Shown here: positions 44,626 to 55,580 of the stretch, in pieces | Layout: the number at the start of each line of letters is the position of its first letter | How positions within the stretch are numbered: the stretch's first letter is position 1 | Assembly (NCBI GenBank): GCA_965218585.1 | Contig: CBDCLE010000001.1 | Span: 32,001 to 96,000, forward strand | Source: Terriglobia bacterium | Lineage (GTDB): Bacteria; Acidobacteriota; Terriglobia; 20CM-2-55-15 | DNA: 64,000 nt | Direction: 5' to 3' | Notes under the pieces: model-generated | Seen by the model: the letters and a program-made list of their open reading frames with translations, nothing else | Database searches by the model: none | What the model was told of the DNA's origin: nothing | Made by a program: the position numbers and the translations under genes

Positions 44626-44740
44626 CCGTTTCCTCCCTTCCCATTGTCAGTCTATCAGGTAGGGAAGTGATGAGTGGCCAGTGATGAGGAGGAATGCAGG
44701 GGTAGGTGATAAGACCGTCTTCATTTCGAGTCCCGGAAAG

Positions 44741-47190
44741 CTAGAATCGCAAAGACGGCAGGTAATTGATGCCGCTAAACAATGGCTCCGCCCGATACAG
44801 CACGTTCTTTTCCAGGAGATTGATCCCGATGAAATAGAGCGTCCCATCGTCTCTGAGGTCGATGTCGAAGGGGCGCCAGGGACGGAACCGGTCACCGTCT
44901 TCGGTCGCTTCGCCAGTCCGGTAGACAATGCGCATCACCCCGTCGGAATTTCGTTCGACGATGACGGTGCCGCCGTTGATGTTCAGGATGAAGGCGATGT
45001 CGCCCCGCCGATTGACCTCAAAATCTCTGTCGATCCAGTAAATCTCTGCACCGTTGGGCATGAGGCTGCCGGTCTGAACGATCGGAATCCAGCCGGTGGG
45101 GCTGTATTCGGCAAGTATCGATCCTCCAACCGCGGTGTTAAACAGGGCATAGAATGTATTGCCCGCCCCGCGGAGGCCGGCAAACGTGGCCGGATATTCG
45201 ATGATGGTTTCCACACTGCTTCCATTGCGAAAGACGCCATCCCCGGCAGCGAAGTAAAGATCGCCTTGAGGATTTCGAGTAGCGCTGGAAAGATCGCCGC
45301 TTTGGGGCGAATCCCGATCCGTCTGTCCCGGAATCCACGAGCGTATCAAACCCGTTGAAGCCACTTCATGGATGGCCACCGGTTCGCCGCCGGTGTAAAT
45401 CATCGGGTTACCGTTGAGTGCTCCGGGAACAAAGCTGAGAAAATTCAGGTTTGCCGGTGCATTGATGAGGTCTCGGGCCTGGAATAGCGGTGTTGACGAG
45501 CCGGCTTCAACAACGACGAATCTGCTGTCGGTCGTTTCGATCCAGGCGTAAATCGTTCCGTTGGAGGTGATCACGGCATCCCGATGACTTCTCACACGTC
45601 CTTCTCCGACTGGGTCGTCCCATAACAGGACGGACGCGCTGATCGTGCCGTCCCAACGTATGAAACCACCCCCATCACCGACATCACCGTTAAAGACCAC
45701 TTCGCCCCTGTTGTTTATCGCATAGATCCTGTCGAAACTCCTGAGCTCTCCCGGACTCATCGTCCGAATTCCGGTAGACGGGCTATAGACGGCCGGAACT
45801 CGTCCCTGGTTGTCGATGTCGAGGTCAAAGGCCAGGGTTCCGTTCGGTGCTACGGCCAGCCCGCCGAACCGTCCCGCGACCGATCCATCGGGCAACGTGT
45901 CGCCCGTCATGATGATCTTCCGGGGTGCCGACAAGCCGTCTGCGCTGTAGAGCGCGTCCGTTCCCTGATAACTGACCCTGAAGTAGGCTGTTCCGGCCCC
46001 GTCCACTCCGAAATCGTATTCGATGCCGAAACCGTCAGGAAATTCTGCCAGGGGAAGCGTCACGCCCCATACAACCTGCAGTCGTCCGTCCGACAACTTG
46101 AAGATTCCATCCTGGTCCCAGGCTCGCCAGGCAAGTCGTAGGTGCCGCGAAAGACGATGTCTCCGCGATCGTTCAGGGAGTCACGATCGATAGTGAAGTT
46201 TCGAATCTGCTGGAAGCTGCCTTGTGTCTGCCCCTCCACAAGTACGATCCGAGTGCCTGACTGTGATGCCGTGACCAGGTGCGACGAATTGCCGCGCGTG
46301 CGGGTTTTCGTCAGAACCACACCATTATTGTTGATGGCTGTTCCATTAAAACCCCAGACATAACTCTGTGGAAACGCGCCCGGGGTTCCGGCTGAAGCCA
46401 ACACATCCCAGTTGCCGCCCTCGTAACGCAACAACCCCGCTGTCAGTCCGTCCAGTCCTGATATGAGGGCTATCTGGCCGGCATCGTTGACCGAGAGGCT
46501 TGGTTCCTGACCGGGGAGCAACTGGAAAGACTGAGTGAGAGTATCGGTCGCTACCAAACGCGTGAGACGGAATTCCTTACGCCGTTCGATGATGATTTCA
46601 GTAGAGACGGTAAGCCGCTCGGTCTGTCCTTGCTGGGCCCCCCAGAATGGAATACTGGCCTTGACCGTAACCCGCCCCTCTGCGACCGCATAAAAGAGCC
46701 CGGTGTTGCTGATCCAGGCAGTCCGGGTGTAGTACCCGTTGGGTCCGGACGTCTCCCACTCAAAGTTCACGTCGGATATTGGGGTACCGTTTGCGTCGAT
46801 CGCGCTCGCCTGAAGCTGGACGGTATCTCCTTCGGCGACGGCCCCCTCCACGTTGCTCAATTCGAGTCGCAGAGGAAGAACCTGGACGTTCATCGAAGTC
46901 CATCTGCCGTTAAGGCCGACAGATGCCCAGCTGTTTCCCACACCGAGACCCGTTACCAGACCAGTGCCGGAGATCGAGAGGATGCCCTCATCGGAAGAGT
47001 TCCAGTTGAAACCAGTATTGACGACGCCACTTCCGGTCAACCCGGCGGCCCGGAGCTGGAGTTGCTCGCCAACGATGAGTTCCGACCGATCGGCGCTCAA
47101 TATGACCTGACCGTCGAACTGCTGGCTTTCAGCGACATTCGTAAACAGGAAAACCAGGCCCAGAATCAGAAACAAGCGGTTCGGTCTCAT
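44741..47190 (-). pseudogene. Secreted Ig-like + repeat protein, frameshifted near 46100
   Basis: Signal peptide, WNSSDEGILSISGTGLVT (Big_2-like), repeated INNRG/LNDRG.I.F motifs over ORFs 46060-47190 and 44741-46096. Confidence 0.7.
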
Positions 47191-48530
47191 TGGAACACCT
47201 CGTCAATGGAGGTGTAGAGACCGGTCGATGCGAAGGGAACGTACTCGAAGCGACGACCGGACGGCGTATCCTGGATGCTCTTCGTCCAGTCGATGCCCAA
47301 TGCCGAATACATCGTTGCAGCGATGTCTTCCATGACGATAGCGCGGCCACCGCTCCATCCCGGGTCCACAACCGCCGCACCGCCCGAATCGGTCGAACCG
47401 ATGTTTTTGTTCCCGCGAACGCCTCCTCCTATCAAAGCAACTGACATTGCGTTCTTGTGGTGGTCACGTCCGCCCTGCAGGTTGAGAGCTCCCGGAGTTC
47501 GCCCGAACTCGCCCATCATCACGATGAGTGTCTGATCCAGATCGCCCGAATCTTTCAGGTCCTGGACCAGCGCTCCTATAGCGGTATCCAGTTCGTTGGT
47601 CAGGGTGTAGTGGTTGGGCGTGGCGTTCCTGTCGAACATGCGCTGGTGCGTATCCCAGCCGGAATGCGTCAGAGCGATAAACGTCGTTCCGTTCTTTGCC
47701 CGGACGGCGTTCCGTGCAACGCGGGCCGCCCGTCCCAGAGACGTATCTCCGTATCGCAGGTTTTCGTCATTGCTCAGCTGGAAGACCGAAGCGATCGACT
47801 CGTTAAACATCATCTGGCGGGCCGATTCGTAATGGTCTGCCTGGGCGGCCATCTCGATGCTGAGCGGTGCATTTCGAAGTCGACTGTCCAGTCGTTCCAG
47901 CAGCGCGTAGCGTTCGAAGAAACGTGTGCGGCTGTCTTCTCCGAAATAGTCGTGCTGGATTGCGGTGAGGCTATTGCCGTCGGTTGGCGCGGCGAGCGGG
48001 GCTACCGACCCGCCCAGAAACGTCGATCCCTGGAATGTGCCTCCATCCTGGTTAAGAGAAAGGAAGGGTGGCATCGGACCTGCGCCCTGCAGTTCCTGAG
48101 AGATGATGGCGCCGACATGCGGTGTTTCTGCGAGAAAAGCGGGATTCGAGGGGTGTGCCGTTTGCATGTAGAAGACACCGCGATCGTGAATCGCCTCCCA
48201 GCTCCGGACCGACCGAAGAATGCACATGTCGTCCGTTAACGTGGACAGCTTCGGGAAAAATGTGTTCGACAGGGCGATGTTGCCACGCTGTTGGATGTCT
48301 GCGTCCGCGGGGTTCCAGGCTGCGTCCTTCACGTCAAACGTGTCCAGGTGCGACGGGGCTCCGTTCAGGTAGACGAAGATGCAGGATCGCGCAGTTCCAC
48401 GGACAACAGGATTGAGAGTTGAAGTCTGGGCGCTTCCGTGACGTGCGATCAGACTGAACGCAGCTGTGGCAGCCGCCTGTTTGAGCCAGTCGCGTCGGCT
48501 GATCTTTTTGCAACTAGGGCAGTGTTTCAT
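47187..48530 (-). CDS. DUF1501-family Tat-exported protein
   Basis: SRRDWLK, GAPSHLDTFD, GWDTH, GEFGRTP, GRDH. Confidence 0.9.
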   Translation of the reverse strand: MKHCPSCKKISRRDWLKQAAATAAFSLIARHGSAQTSTLNPVVRGTARSCIFVYLNGAPSHLDTFDVKDAAWNPADADIQQRGNIALSNTFFPKLSTLTDDMCILRSVRSWEAIHDRGVFYMQTAHPSNPAFLAETPHVGAIISQELQGAGPMPPFLSLNQDGGTFQGSTFLGGSVAPLAAPTDGNSLTAIQHDYFGEDSRTRFFERYALLERLDSRLRNAPLSIEMAAQADHYESARQMMFNESIASVFQLSNDENLRYGDTSLGRAARVARNAVRAKNGTTFIALTHSGWDTHQRMFDRNATPNHYTLTNELDTAIGALVQDLKDSGDLDQTLIVMMGEFGRTPGALNLQGGRDHHKNAMSVALIGGGVRGNKNIGSTDSGGAAVVDPGWSGGRAIVMEDIAATMYSALGIDWTKSIQDTPSGRRFEYVPFASTGLYTSIDEVFQ

Positions 48531-48823
48531 TTTTCAGCGTAGGGCCATCCATGAGCATGGGGTCCACCGTCCCCCAGTGACCCAACTTTCCCGAGTGCAC
48601 TGGCGCATTGGCTTTTTGAACTCTGAAGGGAGCGCAAGCGCTGGTCCGGTCCCCCCACGCCTGGAGCCAGCATTCCCTCCAGGGCACGCAGTCAGGAGAC
48701 TGCGCTGGAAAGATCGTTCGGCCACGCGCCCAGCGCGACGGTATTGGCCGGCCGTTTGAACGACCGCTGCAAGTCTTCCTCTTCGATGAATCGAATCGAA
48801 ACATCTTTCGGTGTTTTCACCCC

Positions 48824-50651
48824 TCAATAACTAAAAATAAAATCCAGCTTGTTCAACAGCGCCCACTGGCAGTCGGCCAGCCACTGTTCGTAATCATTCG
48901 TCCTGACATCAAGCAACGCCTGAAACTCGTCATCCGTCGACCAGCGACCGAGCGTCGCGAGGAAGAGCTGGTCGACAGCCTCGCGGTCGCCGAGCCCGGA
49001 CTGAGCCACACGTGTGACGTGAGTCAGGACACCCCGGTTTCCGAACACACGGGAGTTGACGATGTCGTCGTTCATCAGGAACAACGCCTGAAGGACACTT
49101 CCGCCGGCCGTGGCGGGCGTCTGCCACCAGTCTCCGCGTCCCAGCCGGTCCAGAAAATCCATGATTCGGTAGTTGTCCCGAGGCTCGCTCGGGTCGGGCA
49201 ACTGCCCGGCGTACATCAGGGGGCGATTGAAGCCCTCGACGAACATGGGTGTTTCCGTCATCGTCGAGGTGATTATCGCGTCGTATATTTCCTCGGGAGA
49301 AAGTCGGCGTGGTTCATGCTTGGCGAAGTAAAGCGCGTATTCGGGACGCCAATCGCCGGTGTATTCGCTCGAAAGCTGGTAGGCGCGGCTCTGGCTGATC
49401 AGGCGAATGACGTGGCGGATGCTGTACCCGCTACGAATGAACTCGTCGGCAAGCGCTTCGATCAGTTCCGGGTGCGTCGGCTGAATCGGCCAGGGAGCTG
49501 GAGGCGGATTGAGCGGATCGATACGTGCCAAATCCCACCCGTTAGGTGGATCGACGATGCCGGAGCCGAAGAAATGTGCCCAGAGGTAGTTCACTGTCGC
49601 TCGCGCGAACTGCCTGTCGGATACAACCAGGCGTGCCAGCTCCTGCCGCCAGTTGCTTCCGACCGGCTCTTCCCCTGAGAAAACATATACCGGCGTTGCT
49701 GCGGCTCCTGTTCTAAAAGGCCGGGGACCGGGATTCTGCGGATTGACGACGCCCGTGTACACTCCGGTGCTCCGGTCGGCTATGACAAACTTTGACTGTT
49801 CTTCAAACGCATCGGCTGGGAGTTGGATCAAGTTGGTCCGGGACATGAAGGCCGAAAGGCCCCAGAACTCTTCTCGCCGGCGTTCGGCCAGGTATAGATT
49901 GATTTCTTCGAGGTGGTTTTCGCCGTGATGGCAGGAGACGCACTCGGTCTTAACTCCAAGAAACTTCGTTGTAATTCGATCGGTCAGAACATCCCAGGTG
50001 TCCTGGACGGGATCTCCTTCCTGAATGCCGCGAACTAGGAAGTTCGGCGGCCCCGTTTCGTGAGAGTCACCCGTGGCGGTGATCAACTCGGTAACCACAT
50101 CAGCGTACGATCGGTCGCGCGCCACAAAGTCTCTCAAGTAGTTATAGAAGAGATTGCGACCCGGGATTCCGATGAAATAGTAGTACTCGCTTGTGACCTC
50201 GAAATGGTTTGCGAAGAACCCGGTCCAGTAATCCACGAAAGCCTGGGAGGCAATCAATTCATCGATCAACTTCACTCGCTTCGTGGGGTCTCGGCTTGCT
50301 ATGAAGCTCTGTACGCGTTCGATTGATGGAATGCGCCCGGTGAGGTCGAGAGAAAATCGTCGAATCAACTCCGTGTCAGTGGCCCCGGAGGCTGGGGGCA
50401 CACCGTCCGCAGTCATCCGATTGAAAATGTGCGGATCGATGATGTTGTTCGCCACCGGGACCGCCGTGCCCCGCGGGCCGGACCACAGCAGCGTCGGTTC
50501 CACGATGTTCGTCATCGCGCGCATCGTGCTCTCCATCGCCAGTCGGGCTTGGAGCACTTGCCGTTGCGGTTTCGGATATACCGGGCAATACGGATCGTCA
50601 CCACCTATGGTGGTAATAAGTAGCGCAAGGGATGATGGGTATTCTGATCAT
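48824..50651 (-). CDS. DUF1549/DUF1553-family protein (apparent 1-bp frameshift just after ATG at 50651)
   Basis: RRFSLDLTGRIP, CVSCHH heme-type motif, FARATVN.LW.HFFG.G, HPEL, WALLN..F. Confidence 0.85.
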
Positions 50652-51061
50652 GTGTCACCAACTGTAGCTAGATGCAAGGCCTTCGCCGTTCCACGGCAGA
50701 AGAGTCGCCTCCTGCGACTGTACTCACTGAAAGCAGTCTGAAATGCCGCGTTTCGGAATGTGCTGAGAGTTATCCGGCGAATGACGCCGGTTAACTCTTA
50801 ACTTCCATGCCTTGACTCGGTTTGAACCGCAGACTACGTCCGATAATTGTCGCACGAGGTCATCGATTGTCTAGTCGGAAAGAGATGGCAGGTCCGTTAA
50901 AGGAAAGCCTGGGTTGGCTCGGAGTTTCGCAGCGGCAGAACGGTCAGCCGTATTGACGCTATAAGTCTAGTTATATATCTATTTAGATGTGGATTCCTAG
51001 TTTGTGACTTTAAGCCTACCAACCCCTCTCAAGATTCGATGAGGAAGACGGAAACAGATTA

Positions 51062-51517
51062 TTACTGCACACGTTCGGCGGTGAATTCGACTTCATCGCG
51101 GAGGTCGCCGCCACCCCCCCGGCCACCGCGACCACCGCCACCGCGACCACCTCTGTCACCATCGCCACTGCCGCCGCCGGTTGAGGAAACTCGGGTGAAC
51201 GCGATTTCGTCGCCGCTTACAGTCCCCGTATAGTTCAGTGTGAGGGTTCCGCTACCGCCACCCCGACCCTGCATCGTCTGCTGGAACGAGATCTGGTTGC
51301 CATTGACCATTCCCTCATCGATCGGAACGCCGAACAACGTTCCCATGCTTATCGTCCCTGTCAGGTCGTTCCCGCTCACTTCGAAGTTAAACACCATCAC
51401 CACCTCCTCACCGCCCGGCGCGAGGGCTGTGGCCCTCCATCTTCCTTCTGCGTTCTGGGCTGAGGCTGGAACCGCGGCCAGAAGCGCGGCAGCGAGAATC
51501 AAAACTCGGTAAGTCAT
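51062..51517 (-). CDS. Small secreted beta-rich protein with Gly/Arg-rich inserts
   Basis: Signal peptide MTYRVLILAAALLAAVPASA, preceded by GGAGG RBS. Confidence 0.75.
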   Translation of the reverse strand: MTYRVLILAAALLAAVPASAQNAEGRWRATALAPGGEEVVMVFNFEVSGNDLTGTISMGTLFGVPIDEGMVNGNQISFQQTMQGRGGGSGTLTLNYTGTVSGDEIAFTRVSSTGGGSGDGDRGGRGGGGRGGRGGGGDLRDEVEFTAERVQ

Positions 51518-51624
51518 AGAAGGTCCTCCCGTTATTCTTGCGGGGATTATACGTCCGCCCTTTGGAAAGGTCACGAGATTCTCCCTCAAGAGGCAGTTCG
51601 ACACGGGACAGAAGGTCTCGAGCT

Positions 51625-51652
51625 TAATGCCCGAGTGAATTTGTGCCGAACA
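51625..51652 (+). promoter_or_regulatory. Possible sigma28-type promoter
   Basis: TAAT-N16-GCCGAACA upstream of the FliG-N-like ORF. Confidence 0.35.
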
Positions 51653-51659
51653 GAAGTGT

Positions 51660-53273
51660 ATGGAAGAAGAGACGAAGATGAATTCTGCTGCAGCACTCAT
51701 GGTTCTGCTGGGCGAAGATCTTGCCTCGGAAATCGAGTTATTGTCAAAAGTGGTGTTTTGCCGATTGACTCAAGCGGCGGCCTGATCGACGTGGGTCACT
51801 TCGATTCCATCGTTGAATTTCACTCCAGTAATCACCTTGGGCAGATCATCGAATCCTCGTAATCGTCGCCAGTTCTTCTGAGCGCACTGTCCCAGTTTGA
51901 ACATCATGTGCAGCATGCCAACCCGCGTCAGGCAACCCCTGGATCGCTTGGTTCGGTGGCGAATGGTAGCAAAGGTCGACTCAATGGGATTGGTCGTTCG
52001 GATGCTCTGCCAGTGCTTGGCCGGGAAGTTGAAGAAGGCCAGCAGTTCTTCTTTGTCTTTCTGGAGGCAGCGAGTGGCTTTCGGATACTTCGGCTCATAG
52101 GTTTCAATGAACAGATCGAATGCCTTCTCGGCGTCTGCCTGTGTCTGAGCCCGCCAGATCGCGTGCAAAGCCTGTTTCGCCTTCGCCTGGGCCGACTTCG
52201 GGAGCCCGTTCAGTACGTTCATGGTCTTGTGCATCCAGCAACGTTGGTGACGTGTCTCGGGATAGATTTCCTCCAGTGCGGCCCAGAATCCCATCGCACC
52301 GTCTCCGATGGCCAACTTCGGGATATTCATCCCACGCGACTTCAGCTTTAACAAGACCTCGCGCCAACTCTGTGTCGATTCCCGGACACCGTCTTCGATT
52401 GCCAGAAAACGTTTCTCTCCGCGTTGATTCGCGCCGATCACCACCAGTGCGCACAACTTGGTTTCTTCGGCCCGCAGTCCGCTGTAGATACCGTCGGCCC
52501 AGACATAGACCCAGCGATCGGCATCCAATCGCTCCTCGCATCCCCGGCGGTACTGCTCGGCCCAGACCTGTTTCAACCGCGATACCGTGCTCGCCGACAG
52601 GCCCTGCGCCTGGGGTCCGACAAGAACTTTTAGAGCGTCACCCATCTCGCCGCTGGAGACGCCTTTCAAATACAACCACGGCACCGCTGCTTCCAGCGAT
52701 TTCGTTTTCCGAATGTAGGGAGGTACCAGGGCCGACCGGAACGTTACCGGGTCGCCAGTCTTCGCTCGGACTTTCGGGATCTGGACCGTTACCGGCCCCA
52801 AACCGGTCTGCAGTTCACGTTCAGGCAGATAACCGTTGCGCACCACCCCGGCGTTGCCCGTCTCGGTTCTCCGATCGCCGTGGTGGGATAGCAGTTCCGC
52901 CAATTCGGTTTCCACCGCGCGTTGGATCAGTTGCTGAGCTCCAACTCGTAGTAGCTCTGTTATCGGATCCTCAATCGTCTCTCGACCCTCCGGTCCATTC
53001 ACGTTACTCTTGCTCATAGTGGCGTATCTCCCTTGGTTGCTTTGAAGTCTGGTAAACAACAAATCAACCAGATACGCCGCTCTTCCTCAATCCCTCAAAC
53101 ACCAGATTCGGTTATAACTCTCGGAAATCATGAAACATCTGGACCAGAAAGAAGTTCAGCAGCTGTCGTCGGCGATTGATAACGTTGGCGGACAGGAAGA
53201 CAAGTATGCCGAAGAGTTAGACAAACTGTTGGATATGCACGACTTTCCGAAGACACCCCCTTCTGTTTCGTAA
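51660..53273 (+). pseudogene. Stand-alone FliG N-terminal-like protein (72 aa) split by IS256
   Basis: Rejoined: MEEETKMNSAAALMVLLGEDLASEI|MKHLDQKEVQQLSSAIDNV...VS*. Confidence 0.7.
51735..53120 (-). mobile_element. IS256-family element, transposase 51770-53017
   Basis: TIR GAGTTAT..GGTGTTT / AAACACC..ATAACTC; 9-bp TSD TCGGAAATC (51726-34, 53121-29); QRCWMHK, TTNPIES. Confidence 0.95.
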
Positions 53274-53400
53274 CGACAATCTCTGACCCGTCCCTCACAC
53301 ATCTGTCTGGCGTTGGCGCTTTTGTGCCTTTTGCACTGTAGGTGCGGTCTATGGCCACGCCCACACAAAATTCCCTTTCTTGCAAAACGTCTTTTTTCTC

Positions 53401-53428
53401 TAAGGCTTGACTCCAGTTCTGCCGATAA
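53401..53428 (+). promoter_or_regulatory. sigma28 (FliA/SigD)-type promoter
   Basis: TAAG-N16-GCCGATAA ~90 bp upstream of the FliD-like gene. Confidence 0.6.
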
Positions 53429-53516
53429 GGAACGCATAACGTGGAATCCGCAAGGCTGGAGTAAAGGACACTTGTTCCGCTCCCAGCCATGAGATTGCGG
53501 ACTTTTGGGTTCTTTC

Positions 53517-54824
53517 ATGACGACTTCGATTAATTTCGGTGGGCCGGGCGTTTTCGCTCAGACGCGTTACGTTCAACTGAACCGGCAGAGCAGTCCGACG
53601 CGTCTCGCGCCGACCTCGGTCAGCACCTCAAGGCCGGCATCGGTTTCTACGGTAGCCGACAGTATGAGAGGTCTCGCTTCGGCGGTGGCCGGTCTCGGTA
53701 CTCCGGGGGCTTTTCTGGGGACCACAGCCACGTCTTCCGATCGGGATACAGTCAGTGTGTCTTCTGGAAGCGGCGCTGCGGTCGGCGAGCACACTCTTGA
53801 AGTCACCGAGTTGGCCACCCGGCAAGTCACCAAGGCGACAACGGGATACACCAACACGACGGATGCGGTCGCCGACGGTGGTTCCATTTCTTTTTCGGTG
53901 AACGGATCTACGACAACTACGATCTCGATTTCATCTTCGACAACCCTTTCGGAACTAAAGGACCAGATCAACAACCAGAATTCAGGAGTCGTGGCATCGA
54001 TCACCAACGACGGCATAAACAACCGGCTCGTTGTTTCCAGCAGAGAGAGTGGGAAGGGTCAGGGATTCACCGTCAACAACTCCCTGACAATCACGTCCGG
54101 TACAGTGATTCAGTTCGAGACTGGACAGAGTTCGCTTTCAGGTAACACGCAGAATGCCGGGAATGCCCATTTCAAACTGAACGGAACCGAATTCAACAGA
54201 ACAGCAAATACCTTCAACGACGCGATTGAAGGTGTGACGTTGACGCTGGTTGGAGAGGGAACTACGTCGGTAACGGTTTCTTCCGACCACAACGGTGTCA
54301 GCAAAGAGGCGGATCGTTTCGTGAGGGAGTTCAACAAGCTTGACGCTGTGGCGCGAAGTATCGGAGGGGCGGAGTCGTCTTCAAGTGACAATGTCGCTCT
54401 CGGTCCGGCCCTGCGGCACGTCAGGACCGCGACACATGACGCGATCGAAGTATCCTATGAAGGCAGCTTCAAATCTCTTACCGAAGTTGGGTTTTCTTAT
54501 CGGAAGTCCGGAGAACTGAAACTGGACAAGGACAAGCTGAACGCTGTGTTGGGGTCGGATGCAGACGGTGTGCGTCAGCTGTTCGTTGGCGGTGCGGAGG
54601 GGAACGGAGTCTTTGCGGGCCTCGGCAAGAAGTTGGGTGCACACACCTCTGCCAACGGAACGATACGACCCGGCGATCCCATAAGCGACTACGTGCACCC
54701 GGGCACGGCAAGCGTGTCGGGTCTGGCACCGCCTTCTCGAGATCTGGCATACATCCAGAACGTTCTCCAGGGAGTACTCAAGGGATCGGCCGACGCACCC
54801 GCACGGGTCAACATTCGAGCATGA
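53517..54824 (+). CDS. fliD: FliD/HAP2-like flagellar cap protein with atypical termini
   Basis: LEVTELAT.Q, L.ELKDQINNQNSGV.ASI, N.FNDAIEGVTLTL, L.EVG...G.LKLD..KL. Confidence 0.75.
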   Translation: MTTSINFGGPGVFAQTRYVQLNRQSSPTRLAPTSVSTSRPASVSTVADSMRGLASAVAGLGTPGAFLGTTATSSDRDTVSVSSGSGAAVGEHTLEVTELATRQVTKATTGYTNTTDAVADGGSISFSVNGSTTTTISISSSTTLSELKDQINNQNSGVVASITNDGINNRLVVSSRESGKGQGFTVNNSLTITSGTVIQFETGQSSLSGNTQNAGNAHFKLNGTEFNRTANTFNDAIEGVTLTLVGEGTTSVTVSSDHNGVSKEADRFVREFNKLDAVARSIGGAESSSSDNVALGPALRHVRTATHDAIEVSYEGSFKSLTEVGFSYRKSGELKLDKDKLNAVLGSDADGVRQLFVGGAEGNGVFAGLGKKLGAHTSANGTIRPGDPISDYVHPGTASVSGLAPPSRDLAYIQNVLQGVLKGSADAPARVNIRA

Positions 54825-54828
54825 CTTC

Positions 54829-55224
54829 ATGATCAAGCTCGTGCTGTCCGACGAAGAAGTAGTTCGAATCGTGACGGCTTTTATCGACGAGAAATTTCCG
54901 AAGACTTGTCCGTCATGTGACCGGGTATACGACTCTCTGGCCGACTACCTTCAATCGACGATTCATGTGGGAAACCCAGTGTCTTACGATGCCGAGCTGG
55001 CTGACTGGGAGCCTTCGAAACCTCTGGGAACCTTCTCCTTGGCTAACTGTCAGTGCGGTACAACACTGTCGATCGGAACACAGGGCATGAAGCTTCGAAC
55101 GATGTGGCGGCTGCTACTCTGGGCACGGGTTGAGACCCAACGACAAGGGATTTGCTCTCAGGAACTCCTGGCTTCTCTCCGAAGGAAAATCGATGAGTAT
55201 GTTTTTTGTCGAGAAGCCTCATGA
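54829..55224 (+). CDS. Hypothetical Cys-motif (Zn-binding?) protein
   Basis: FPKTCPSC...NCQCGTTL; coupled to the fliD-like gene. Confidence 0.7.
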   Translation: MIKLVLSDEEVVRIVTAFIDEKFPKTCPSCDRVYDSLADYLQSTIHVGNPVSYDAELADWEPSKPLGTFSLANCQCGTTLSIGTQGMKLRTMWRLLLWARVETQRQGICSQELLASLRRKIDEYVFCREAS

Positions 55225-55271
55225 AGCCACGCGAGAGCCTCGGCGGCTTTCTTCATTTGCCCCCAGATTAC

Positions 55272-55314
55272 GCAAATCTTTCGCGTTGACTGCGTGTCGA
55301 AAAAGGAAGATATT
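55272..55314 (+). promoter_or_regulatory. sigma70-like promoter of candidate ncRNA copy A
   Basis: TTGACT-N17-GATATT; the 19 bp ending in TTGAC are identical to copy B. Confidence 0.55.
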
Positions 55315-55316
55315 AC

Positions 55317-55518
55317 GCCCTGCAATCGGGCTGGTTTGGCCGCAACCAAACAGGCAGTTGGCACGGTGTTGACGGGCGAAGTGTGGAGCAATCTGCAAGT
55401 CGCTCAAAAGCATCGAAAAAGAACTCATAGATCTGGGGTTTGGCCGACGGTCGAGTTTGGAGTATTCACCTCGCCATGGAGTAGTGGATGCCGCGCCGAC
55501 CGGCCCAATTGCTTTTTT
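55317..55518 (+). ncRNA. Candidate structured ncRNA, copy A
   Basis: 14-bp closing stem 55322-35/55499-512 followed by U6; internal stems covary with copy B. Confidence 0.7.
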
Positions 55519-55580
55519 GGGTTCTAAGGAACTGATTGCGCCGATGCTGCTGGTCACCAGCATCGGGTCCCGCCGACATA

